In this document: positions 1 through 7,696 of the stretch, in pieces
Layout of the letters: each line of letters starts with the position of its first letter
Numbering within the stretch: position 1 is the stretch's first letter
Assembly (NCBI GenBank): GCA_014727975.1
Contig: WJMK01000017.1
Coordinates: 3,926 to 67,925 of the forward strand
DNA length: 64,000 bases
Direction of reading: 5' to 3'
Source of the DNA: Candidatus Micrarchaeota archaeon
Lineage (GTDB): Archaea > Micrarchaeota > Micrarchaeia > Anstonellales > Bilamarchaeaceae
The notes under the pieces: model-generated
Databases searched by the model: none
Told to the model about the DNA's origin: nothing
Seen by the model: the letters and a program-made list of their open reading frames with translations, nothing else
Position numbers and translations under genes: made by a program

Positions 1-447
1 GACAATGTTCCGGTCAAGCTCAGCGAACTGGCATACAGCGTAAGGAAGAACATTACTGATGGCGCAGATGTGCTGGACGGGGACCTTGAAGCAATACTCA
101 AGGCAATGGAAAAGAAGGGGATTGTGGAAAGGTACGGGGACTACTACCAGCTCAAGGGCTGGGGCGATGTGAAAAACGGAATGCTTATGCGGAAGGCAAG
201 GGACACCCTGGTAAAGAACGGGGTAAAATTCAAGGAAACAAAACATGGGTTTGACACCGGCTCAAAAATAATTTCGGCAGAGTATGCGGACCTGAAGAAA
301 AAGCTCCTGCTTGTGTTCGATGGGGAGGAGGACGCAAGGAGGTTCATGAAATCGCTGAAGGGAAGCGAAAGGGCAAGGCTTGAAGTAAAGAAGGCAAATG
401 ACATGATAACCCTTGTGCCCATCGACCGGCTGGAAGATCTGCTATGA
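1..447 (+). CDS. hypothetical protein, 5' end cut by window edge
   Basis: Frame 1 is open from nt 1 (DNVPVKLSELAYSV...) into the listed 70..447 ORF. Its stop overlaps the next start (ATGA). No family recognised. Confidence 0.5.
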   Translation, partial: DNVPVKLSELAYSVRKNITDGADVLDGDLEAILKAMEKKGIVERYGDYYQLKGWGDVKNGMLMRKARDTLVKNGVKFKETKHGFDTGSKIISAEYADLKKKLLLVFDGEEDARRFMKSLKGSERARLEVKKANDMITLVPIDRLEDLL

Positions 448-1661
448 TTAGGGAGTGTTTCCTCCTCCTCCTTGTTCTTTCTGTTTGCATTGGGCTTGAG
501 GACCCCCCGGTGGATGACGTTGTGCAGCACAACCAGGGCATTTCTGCAAGCATGGCGAGGAACCCGGCACTCACTACAGGGGAGCTTACAAGGCAGGACC
601 CTGCAAGGGTTAACATGAGCATTGTTACTGTGCTCCCGTGCGTGGACAGCAGAATACCGGAAGATGCGGAGGAGCTGCTCTGGGGATGGAATGAAAACAA
701 CGCAGACGGAATGCACCTCACAGAAGAGGACCCTGATGGCTGCACGGACAGGTACAACCCCACGCTGATAAACCATACAGAGCAGGCAACAATAGCATTT
801 GAGTTCAGGGGCGAGAGGCGGGAATCTGCCCTGAACATGAACGATGGGATTGCAGATATTCCTTTCAGCCCGGAAGAGCTCTCTGAATCAAATGGCACCG
901 AGAATCTTACAGTAACCATTGAGTGGAACTTCTGGTATTATTTTGAGGTAGTTGTAACCAACAATGTAATGAAGAACGGGAGCTGCGAGAGCCAGGTTGG
1001 GACCCCCCTGGAATACTGGGACATCTACATAATCGGAAACACAAGCAAAGAGTTCATAGTGGAGCCAGGAGAAGCAAGCTTTTTCCTGGCAAGGCCTGTG
1101 CTGGGAGAGCAGTGGTACAAGAACAACCATTTTGATACGCTGGTTTTTTCCAGAAAAGGCATCTACAAGGCAGAGATAAGCATGGACGGGGAGGAAACCG
1201 CATATGCAAGGATATATGAGTTTACAGTAATGGAGGACCCCTTGGGCGCATGGCACATCACTGCAAACAAAACAGAAGACTTCAGAAACGCGAGCATGGG
1301 AAACCACGAGATTTCATACTGGGCAAACCCTGTAGTGAAGGAAAACAACTCATTCTCCCATCTCTATGAAATCAACCATAGCTATGGGGCATGGGGGCCC
1401 AGGAACATGAGCATAACTGTCACTGATTTCTTCACGGGGGAGCACAGATATAGCAGGGAGATACTCAGCAGGAAACTTACCAAAGGGGGAATGAGCGAAA
1501 CAGGGGAGCCTGCCGGGAATGAAGGACATTACCGTCCGGGAGAGCCGGCAACAGAAGAAGAAGGGATAACGCACAGGATTCTCCCTTCAAACGAAATGCT
1601 GGTAATCTTCATGATTGCTTCGCTCTGGATGTTCTGGCATTATGCAAGAAGCGGAAAATAA
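444..1661 (+). CDS. secreted protein with C-terminal TM anchor, rich in N-glycosylation sequons
   Basis: N-terminal hydrophobic signal-like segment (CFLLLLVLSVCIG). C-terminal TM (MLVIFMIASLWMFW) followed by a basic tail. Many N-x-S/T sites. Confidence 0.6.
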   Translation: MIRECFLLLLVLSVCIGLEDPPVDDVVQHNQGISASMARNPALTTGELTRQDPARVNMSIVTVLPCVDSRIPEDAEELLWGWNENNADGMHLTEEDPDGCTDRYNPTLINHTEQATIAFEFRGERRESALNMNDGIADIPFSPEELSESNGTENLTVTIEWNFWYYFEVVVTNNVMKNGSCESQVGTPLEYWDIYIIGNTSKEFIVEPGEASFFLARPVLGEQWYKNNHFDTLVFSRKGIYKAEISMDGEETAYARIYEFTVMEDPLGAWHITANKTEDFRNASMGNHEISYWANPVVKENNSFSHLYEINHSYGAWGPRNMSITVTDFFTGEHRYSREILSRKLTKGGMSETGEPAGNEGHYRPGEPATEEEGITHRILPSNEMLVIFMIASLWMFWHYARSGK

Positions 1662-1785
1662 GGTTAAATGGGGCAAATGCTGTTGGATTGCGGGACGCAG
1701 AAACATTTAAATATATAAGTAGGCTAAATATTGGAACCTAGAGTATCCAGCTTTTTATTGAAAAAGCAACAAAACAGGTGAAAAT

Positions 1786-2196
1786 ATGGTTAGGGTATAT
1801 GATGCTGATGCAAACGCGCTGATAGAAAAAACAGCAGGCAAGCTCAAGAAAATGGGCATAAAGAAGCCTGAATTTGTAGGGCTTGTGAAGAGCGGTGCGC
1901 ACACAGAAAGACCCCCGCAAAGCGAGGATTTCTGGTATACAAGATGCGCCTCACTGCTGAGGCAGGCCTACGTAAACAGCAATGTAGGAGTGCAGAGGAT
2001 GAGAAGGCACTACGGCGGGAAAAAGAACCGCGGGGTAAAACCTGAAAAGCATGTTCCCGCAGGGGGCTCAACCGTGAGAAAGGCGTTCCAGGCAATGGAG
2101 GAAGCAGGACTCATGGAAAAGGGGCCCACAGGCAGGAAGCTGACTGCAAAGGGAATGTCCCTGCTGGACAGCGCAGCAAGCGAGCTCAGCGGGTGA
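1786..2196 (+). CDS. rps19e: 30S ribosomal protein S19e
   Basis: Translation matches the S19e pattern (VYDADANALIEKTAGKLK...FWYTRCASLLRQ...GGSTVRKAFQAMEEAGL). Confidence 0.95.
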   Translation: MVRVYDADANALIEKTAGKLKKMGIKKPEFVGLVKSGAHTERPPQSEDFWYTRCASLLRQAYVNSNVGVQRMRRHYGGKKNRGVKPEKHVPAGGSTVRKAFQAMEEAGLMEKGPTGRKLTAKGMSLLDSAASELSG

Positions 2197-2498
2197 AGGG
2201 TTTGGCTGAAGGCCTCGAAGAGGCAAGAAAGAAAAAGCTCGAGCAATACCAGCAGGAAGCAGAAGCGCAAAAAAAAGAGGAGCAGGTAAAGGCCATGCTC
2301 CGGATGGCACTTTCGGAAAATGCGTATGAGCGCCTTATGAACGTGAAGCTGGCAAATGCGCAGCTCTATGGGGCTGCAGCAAACCAGGTGTTTGGGCTCT
2401 ACCAGAAAGCCGGGAGGAAGCTGACGGAGAAAGAGCTGATCGCCATCCTCAAGGCAATAAAGGGCTCCCAAAGAGAGCCGAAAATAACATTCAAATAA
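2193..2498 (+). CDS. PDCD5/TFAR19-like DNA-binding protein
   Basis: About 100 aa with a coiled N-terminus and the ...AYERLMNVKLANAQLY... pattern. Lies in the conserved position after rps19e. The start overlaps the rps19e stop. Confidence 0.8.
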   Translation: MKGLAEGLEEARKKKLEQYQQEAEAQKKEEQVKAMLRMALSENAYERLMNVKLANAQLYGAAANQVFGLYQKAGRKLTEKELIAILKAIKGSQREPKITFK

Positions 2499-2516
2499 AG
2501 CAAAACGGTGGTTTTA

Positions 2517-2681
2517 ATGAGCAAGCACAAAAGCTCGGAAAAAAAGAAGAAATTGGGTAAGAAAACCAGGCAGAATAAAAGGATGCCTGTTTTCGTAACC
2601 GTAAGGACCAAGAGGAAGATAATGTGGAACAACCAGAGCAGGAACTGGAGGACCGACAAGATCGGCCATATCGGTGATTAA
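2517..2681 (+). CDS. rpl39e: 50S ribosomal protein L39e (below the ORF-track size cutoff)
   Basis: Hand translation gives MSKHKSSEKKKKLGKKTRQNKRMPVFVTVRTKRKIMWNNQSRNWRTDKIGHIGD, the typical L39e basic pattern. Lies in the conserved position before rpl31e. Confidence 0.85.
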   Translation: MSKHKSSEKKKKLGKKTRQNKRMPVFVTVRTKRKIMWNNQSRNWRTDKIGHIGD

Positions 2682-2682
2682 G

Positions 2683-3174
2683 ATGGCTGACCTTGAAAGG
2701 ATTTACGTTGTTCCGTTCAGGAGTGTGTATGATTCCCCGCGGACTAGGAGAAGCAGGAAGGCAGTGAAAACCCTGAGGAGCTTCATTTCCAGGCACATGA
2801 AAGCAGAGGAAAGCGAGGTTGCAATAAGCGAAGGCGTAAACCGCCTTATCTGGAAACGCGGGATACAGAAGCCCCCAAGGAAAATCAAGGTGCGTGCAGT
2901 AAAGAGCGGGGACAGAGTAGTTGTTTCCCTCCTTGATGAAAAAGTGGATGAAAGCAAGGCTGAAGTGCCGAAGACAAAGGAGAAAAAAGAGCAAAAACCC
3001 CCGGAACAGGCAAAAGAAAAGGGGGAAACGCCTGCTGAGAAAAAGGAGAAAAAACCCGGGCCTGCAAAAGAAGAGAAGGCGCCTGAGCCCAAAAAGGAAG
3101 AAAAGAAGGAGCCTGAAAAGAAGCCTGAGGAAGAGGAAAAACCTGCAGAAAAGGCTCCTGAAAAGAAGGAGTAG
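2683..3174 (+). CDS. rpl31e: 50S ribosomal protein L31e with a Lys/Glu/Pro-rich C-terminal extension of about 75 aa
   Basis: MADLERIYVVPFR...RKAVKTLRSFISRHMK...WKRGIQKPPRKIKV is canonical L31e. The ATG at 2683 follows the rpl39e stop. The tail is low complexity (KKEEKKEPEKKPEEEEKPAEKAP). Confidence 0.9.
   Translation: MADLERIYVVPFRSVYDSPRTRRSRKAVKTLRSFISRHMKAEESEVAISEGVNRLIWKRGIQKPPRKIKVRAVKSGDRVVVSLLDEKVDESKAEVPKTKEKKEQKPPEQAKEKGETPAEKKEKKPGPAKEEKAPEPKKEEKKEPEKKPEEEEKPAEKAPEKKE
3091..3160 (+). repeat. 70-nt coding repeat (KKEEKKEPEKKPEEEEKPAEKAP), copy in the rpl31e tail
   Basis: 66 of 70 nt are identical to 4593-4662, in the same reading frame (aligned by hand). Confidence 0.9.
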
Positions 3175-3176
3175 AA

Positions 3177-3848
3177 ATGGCATACAGGAGAGCCGCATAC
3201 TTCGGCAATCCCTTTATCGGGCTGTTTTTCTGCACAAACGGGAAGCATACGCTTTTCCCAATAGACACGAAAAAGAGCCTGGTGAAATCAATTTGCTCCA
3301 GCCTGGGCACAGAGCCCATAATGGTGAATATCCAGCAATACAACCTGAATGGGATGTACGCTGCGATGAACAACAACGGAATCGTGCTCCCCTCACTTGC
3401 TTCAGAAAAGGAGAAGAAGCTCCTGGAGGAGGAAACCGGGCTCGCGGTTTATGTTTCAAAAGAAAAGATGAATGCGCATGGAAACAACCTTGCCCTAAAT
3501 GACATGGGGGGCCTAGTGAACCCTGCGGTTAAACAGAAGGAGAGGATTGAGATGGAAGGCTGCCTGGGCATTGAGCTGGTGCCTTTCAGTGTCTCCGGAT
3601 TCAGCACAATGGGTTCCCTCTGCGTTGCAAACAACAAGGGATTCATAACCCACTATGCTGCAAGCGAGAGAGAGCTTGCAGAAATGGGGGATGTGCTTAA
3701 GGTTAAAGGGCTTCCGGGCTCCATAAACATGGGAACCGGTTTTATTGGCGTGGGGCTGCTTGCAACGGATGAAGGGTATTTTGCAGGGGAGGCAACAAGC
3801 CCATTTGAGCTTGGAAGGGTTGAGGAGGCCCTTGGATTGATTGAATGA
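3177..3848 (+). CDS. eif6: translation initiation factor 6 (aIF6)
   Basis: Pentein-repeat pattern: FGNPFIGLFF..., NGIVLP, GNNLALND, GSLCVANNKG, GTGFIGVGLLATD. Confidence 0.95.
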   Translation: MAYRRAAYFGNPFIGLFFCTNGKHTLFPIDTKKSLVKSICSSLGTEPIMVNIQQYNLNGMYAAMNNNGIVLPSLASEKEKKLLEEETGLAVYVSKEKMNAHGNNLALNDMGGLVNPAVKQKERIEMEGCLGIELVPFSVSGFSTMGSLCVANNKGFITHYAASERELAEMGDVLKVKGLPGSINMGTGFIGVGLLATDEGYFAGEATSPFELGRVEEALGLIE

Positions 3849-3863
3849 AGATCAGGTGGTAAA

Positions 3864-4040
3864 ATGAAGTTTAAGGTAAGTGGAGAAATTAAGGTTGGGC
3901 CTGAAACAAGGCAGTTCAGCAAGGAAATTGAAGCTGAGAGCGAAGCACATGCAAGGGAGAAGACATATGCGCTTTTTGGGGCCCAGAATGGGCTGAAAAG
4001 AGTCAACGTAAAGATTGCTGAAATCAGCAAGGTGGCATAA
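3864..4040 (+). CDS. rplX: 50S ribosomal protein LX (L18Ae family), below the ORF-track cutoff
   Basis: Hand translation gives MKFKVSGEIKVGPETRQFSKEIEAESEAHAREKTYALFGAQNGLKRVNVKIAEISKVA, which fits the LX pattern. Lies in the conserved position between eif6 and pfdA. The stop overlaps the pfdA ATG. Confidence 0.8.
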   Translation: MKFKVSGEIKVGPETRQFSKEIEAESEAHAREKTYALFGAQNGLKRVNVKIAEISKVA

Positions 4041-4423
4041 TGAAACAAGAAGAAATACTTGCAAACGCAAGAATGTACAGCCAGCAAAAGCAGGCGGTTG
4101 AAAGGGAACTTGAGAAGCTGATGGTCTCGCTTATGGAGCTCAATAACTCAATAGCCACGATAAAGGGGCTTGAGGAAAGGGAAGGGCTTGTGCCTATAGG
4201 TGGAGGCGCATTTGTAAAGGCAAAGCTTGAAGGGGAAAAGGTGCTGGTACCCATAGGCTCAGGCTACACAAAAGAATACAGCATAAAAGATGCAAGCGAA
4301 GAAGTCTCAAAAAGAATCGAGCTTACAGAAAAGGCAGTGAAAAGGATGAGGGATGAACTCTCAAAAGTTGACAAAGAAATGGCAAAGCTCGAACAGGAAT
4401 TCAGGAAAATCCAGCAAGGGTGA
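4040..4423 (+). CDS. pfdA: prefoldin alpha subunit
   Basis: Coiled coil, then beta hairpins (LVPIGGGAFVKAKL...VLVPIGSGY), then coiled coil. Conserved operon position. Confidence 0.85.
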   Translation: MKQEEILANARMYSQQKQAVERELEKLMVSLMELNNSIATIKGLEEREGLVPIGGGAFVKAKLEGEKVLVPIGSGYTKEYSIKDASEEVSKRIELTEKAVKRMRDELSKVDKEMAKLEQEFRKIQQG

Positions 4424-4430
4424 GCTCTAA

Positions 4431-5867
4431 GTGTTTGGCCTCCTCAAAAACAAGATTTCTGGTTTTGTAGAGAAGCTTTCAGGGAAGAAAGACCAGGAGG
4501 CCAAGGAGAAGGCTGAAAAGAGCCCGGAAAAGGAAGAAGCTCCAGGGAAGAAAGAGGCTCCGCCTGAAGAAAAAAAGAAGAAGGTGCAGGCAAAAAAGGA
4601 AGAAAAGAAAGAGCCTGAAAAGAAGCCTGAGGAAGAGAAAAAACCCGCGGAAAAGGCTCCTGGGGGAAAGAAACAAAAAAAGGCGGAAAAGAAAGAGCCT
4701 GAAAAGAAGCCAGAGCCGGTTAAGGAAAAGGGGGAGGATCCGGGACCCAAAAGGGAGGAAAAGCCCAGCCCCGGGAAAAAAGAGCAAGCAACGCCCCTGG
4801 GAAAAAAAGGAGGTTTCTTTGAGAAATTTCTCGGGAAGAAAGGGGAAGAAAAGGGGCCTGCTGCAGAGGAGAAAAAGCCGGAACCGGCCAAAGAGCCCCC
4901 TCCAGAGCCTGGAAGAGCTGTTGAAGCAGAAGCAAAGGAAGAAGCTAAAAAAGAGAGGGAGGAGTCCCTCAGGAAAAAAGTAAAGAAAGGGCTGCTTGCA
5001 TCAGTAAGCGAAACAATAAAGGGGGAAAGCGAAATCAGGGAGGCGGAAGTGGAAGAGCTCCTTGAAGAGCTTGAGCTGGGGATGCTGGAAAGCGATGTTG
5101 CCCTCTCTGTTGCAGAGGAAATCAGGGAAGAGCTCAGGAAAAGGATTGTGGGGGCGAAAGTAAAGAGGGGACAGACCGCACCATTCGTGAAAGAAAGCCT
5201 GCGGGAAATCCTTCTGAAAATGTTCAGGGAAACCCCTGGTTTTGAATTCTCTGAAAAATTTTCCGGTGCTGAAAAACCGTACAGGATGATGGTTGTGGGT
5301 CCAAACGGGGCAGGGAAAACAACAACAATTGCAAAAATAGTCAAGCTGCTGCAGAATGAGGGGCACAGTGTCTGCATCGCTGCATCAGACACATTCAGGG
5401 CAGCTGCAGTTGAGCAGCTTGTGCACCACGGGGAAAAGCTGGGTGTTAATGTAATACACGGGGCATACGGGGCGGACCCTACCTCCATTGCATTTGATGC
5501 GGTCAATTATGCAAAATCAAACCGGATAGATGTTGTAATCATAGATACTGCAGGAAGGCAGGAGACAAACCTGAACCTGCTTAACCAGCTCAAGAAAATG
5601 GACCGGGTAATCAAGCCGGATATGAAGATTTATGTGGGGGAAAGCATTGCAGGCAACGCAATGGTTGAGCAGATTTCAAAGTTCAACGGGGACATCGGGC
5701 TGGACGGAGTGATACTCACAAAGCTGGACTGCGATGCGAAGGGGGGCACTGTAATCTCTGTTTCCAGGGTTGCCAGCCTGCCAATACTCTATGTGGGAGT
5801 GGGGCAGGGATACGGGGACATGAAAAAATTTGTTGCAGAGGAGATTGTGGAGGAGATTCTCTCTTGA
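4431..5867 (+). CDS. ftsY: signal recognition particle receptor FtsY with a long Lys/Glu/Pro-rich N-terminal region
   Basis: NG domain motifs: VVGPNGAGKTTTIAK, DTAGRQ, TKLDCDAKGG. GTG start. The first ~200 aa are low complexity. Confidence 0.95.
   Translation: MFGLLKNKISGFVEKLSGKKDQEAKEKAEKSPEKEEAPGKKEAPPEEKKKKVQAKKEEKKEPEKKPEEEKKPAEKAPGGKKQKKAEKKEPEKKPEPVKEKGEDPGPKREEKPSPGKKEQATPLGKKGGFFEKFLGKKGEEKGPAAEEKKPEPAKEPPPEPGRAVEAEAKEEAKKEREESLRKKVKKGLLASVSETIKGESEIREAEVEELLEELELGMLESDVALSVAEEIREELRKRIVGAKVKRGQTAPFVKESLREILLKMFRETPGFEFSEKFSGAEKPYRMMVVGPNGAGKTTTIAKIVKLLQNEGHSVCIAASDTFRAAAVEQLVHHGEKLGVNVIHGAYGADPTSIAFDAVNYAKSNRIDVVIIDTAGRQETNLNLLNQLKKMDRVIKPDMKIYVGESIAGNAMVEQISKFNGDIGLDGVILTKLDCDAKGGTVISVSRVASLPILYVGVGQGYGDMKKFVAEEIVEEILS
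4593..4662 (+). repeat. 70-nt coding repeat (KKEEKKEPEKKPEEEKKPAEKAP), copy in the ftsY N-terminal region
   Basis: 66 of 70 nt are identical to 3091-3160. A shorter third echo (GAAAAGAAAGAGCCTGAAAAGAAGCC) lies at about 4686-4711. Confidence 0.9.
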
Positions 5868-6241
5868 GGAAAGTTTTGCTTGATACCAATTTCCTGCTTG
5901 TCCCGTACCAGTTCAAGGTAGACATATTTACGCAGGTTGAGGAGCTCCTGGAGCAGGCGCATGCATTTATTGTCCCTTCAGGGGTAATCCGGGAACTGGA
6001 AAACCTGGCAAAGGGGAAGGGGAAGGAGGGTGCAGCAGCAAGGTTCGGGATTAAGCTCATACGGCACCACAATCCAGAAAAAGTGGAAAGCAGCGGGAAT
6101 GTGGACGACTGGATACTCAGCTATGCAAAAGAAACGGGCGCAATTGTGGCAACAAATGACCGGAAGCTCAGGGTTAAATTAAAAAAGAACAATGTAAAAG
6201 TGATATCACTCCTTTCCAGGTCAAGGGTAGGGGTAGTGTGA
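5864..6241 (+). CDS. PIN-domain ribonuclease (Fcf1/VapC-like)
   Basis: LLDTNFLL acidic N-terminal motif and a ...VATNDRKLRVKL... C-terminal motif. TTG start overlapping the ftsY stop. Confidence 0.75.
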   Translation: MRKVLLDTNFLLVPYQFKVDIFTQVEELLEQAHAFIVPSGVIRELENLAKGKGKEGAAARFGIKLIRHHNPEKVESSGNVDDWILSYAKETGAIVATNDRKLRVKLKKNNVKVISLLSRSRVGVV

Positions 6242-6591
6242 TAGAAATGCTTGAAAATATAGATATTATGGGGTGGGCCCTGATTGGGGCATTCGCATTC
6301 TTCGCACTAATGGTTTTGCTGATTATTGTTTATCTGGTATGGAAAAAGGGCTCAGGCTCAATTAAATTCAGGAAAAAGATTGTAGAGGGGAAAAGCGAGG
6401 TTCTGGTGCAGCCCTTTGTGAACCTGAAAAGGATAATGGTACAGGACAAAGTAGGGGGGCAGAACATCGTATTTGTAAGGGAAAACCTTGTTTCAGGGGA
6501 AAGGGTGTGGTTTGAGTACCCTGCATCCAACACCCCTGCAAGGCTAACCACCGAGGGGGACATTTCCGTTACGATGGAAGCGAAGCCCTGA
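6238..6591 (+). CDS. small membrane protein, unknown function
   Basis: Single N-terminal TM (WALIGAFAFFALMVLLIIVYLVW). Overlaps the PIN gene stop. No family recognised. Confidence 0.45.
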   Translation: MIEMLENIDIMGWALIGAFAFFALMVLLIIVYLVWKKGSGSIKFRKKIVEGKSEVLVQPFVNLKRIMVQDKVGGQNIVFVRENLVSGERVWFEYPASNTPARLTTEGDISVTMEAKP

Positions 6592-7297
6592 TGGTTTCGG
6601 TTAGCACGAGTATATCTTCTTTTGAAAGCTCCCTTGCGCGCTTTTTGGGAAGCTTGGCATCCGTTTCAATCCCTCCATGCTTAAGGGCATTGCGCACAAG
6701 CTGGTTTTTGTGCTGGAAAAGGATTCGGATTATCCTTTCCTGGAAGGGGTCCATGTCAAAATCTTTCCTTTTCAATAGGATTATTGCTGAATCCACTTTT
6801 GGGGGCGGGGTGAATGAGCCTTTTTTCACTTTCTTTACCAGTTTAGGCTGGAAAAGGAGTTGGGAGGTGACCGAAAGCCTTCCATATTCGCTTGTCTTTG
6901 GCTCCGCAACCATCCTTTTTGCAAACTCCAGCTGCACCATCAGGATTGCCGATTTGAAGGGCATCATTGCAAGCGAAAAGATTATGGGGGAAGAGATGTA
7001 ATATGGGAGGTTCCCGACAATTACGTCTGCAGAAAGGCCTTTCTGCTTAAGGATGTCTCCTTCAATCACAGTTACTCTTTCTCCGAATTTTTCCTTGAGG
7101 GACTCTGCCCAGCGGGAGTCTTTTTCAATTACTGTTAATGATGCGGGTTTCTTCTCAAGGAGCTTTTCCGTGAGCCTGCCGTCCCCAGGGCCAATCTCGA
7201 TAACGTCTTTTCCTTTTGGGTTTGCAAGAGTAGCCTCAAACTCAAGCAGGGAGGGGCTGCTGAGAAAGTGCTGGCCAAGGGATTTCTTCAGTTTCAT
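6569..7297 (-). CDS. rsmA: 16S rRNA (adenine-N6,N6)-dimethyltransferase KsgA/Dim1
   Basis: LGQHFL, VIEIGPGDGRLT, GNLPYYISSP and FTPPPKVDS motifs. Confidence 0.95.
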   Translation of the reverse strand: MKLKKSLGQHFLSSPSLLEFEATLANPKGKDVIEIGPGDGRLTEKLLEKKPASLTVIEKDSRWAESLKEKFGERVTVIEGDILKQKGLSADVIVGNLPYYISSPIIFSLAMMPFKSAILMVQLEFAKRMVAEPKTSEYGRLSVTSQLLFQPKLVKKVKKGSFTPPPKVDSAIILLKRKDFDMDPFQERIIRILFQHKNQLVRNALKHGGIETDAKLPKKRARELSKEDILVLTETIRASLPS

Positions 7298-7539
7298 TCC
7301 GGGAAATCACCTTTCTTGTTTTCGATGATGAGCAGGGCATCAAGCAGCCCGTATGAATAATCCGAGCAGCCAAAAGAACTGAAATAGTCGCCCTTCCCCA
7401 GGTAATGCAGGGAATCCTGTGCATATTGGGAAGCAAGCTCAAAAACCTCAGGGTACCTGGAATCCAGGCCAAGTGAACTGATGTCTTTTAGCCTTGATTC
7501 AAGCTTCTGCAGGCTCTTCTCTGCCCTTTCCTTTTGCAT
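7294..7539 (-). CDS. small conserved archaeal protein upstream of ksgA (possibly DUF357-like)
   Basis: 81-aa helical protein translationally coupled to ksgA by a 4-nt overlap. The family assignment is from memory of KsgA-linked DUF357 and is not verified. Confidence 0.5.
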   Translation of the reverse strand: MQKERAEKSLQKLESRLKDISSLGLDSRYPEVFELASQYAQDSLHYLGKGDYFSSFGCSDYSYGLLDALLIIENKKGDFPE

Positions 7540-7696
7540 GGGGATAGTGTGGTGGGAAAGGCTTAAATTTGCGAGTTTGGGGGGGTATGTGGTAATATGT
7601 GTATATACATACAGGGGGGTTTACGTCTGTGGGGCACTGGGGGTGTGGGAGAAAGAGTTTATAAATGTTTCTATACTATAATATAATCAAATAAAG

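Noticed and set aside
1749-1767. Hairpin GCTTTTT-ATTG-AAAAAGC upstream of rps19e as a regulatory RNA element
   Set aside because: It is short and AT-rich and coincides with a TATA-like region about 25 nt upstream of the start. It is more likely just promoter sequence.
2491-3198. Long antisense ORFs (235 and 181 aa, F/L/S-rich) opposite rpl39e/rpl31e
   Set aside because: They are mirror-image artefacts of the AAG/GAA-rich low-complexity coding strand. The sense strand encodes clear r-proteins.
3091-4662. The 70-nt repeat as a mobile element or MITE
   Set aside because: Both copies are in frame inside coding regions and encode the same peptide. There are no terminal inverted repeats or target duplications. 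It is interpreted as a duplicated low-complexity coding module.
4427-5506. 359-aa antisense ORF opposite ftsY
   Set aside because: It is a Ser/Phe-rich low-complexity translation of the reverse strand of the Lys/Glu-rich region. The FtsY motifs on the plus strand are unambiguous.
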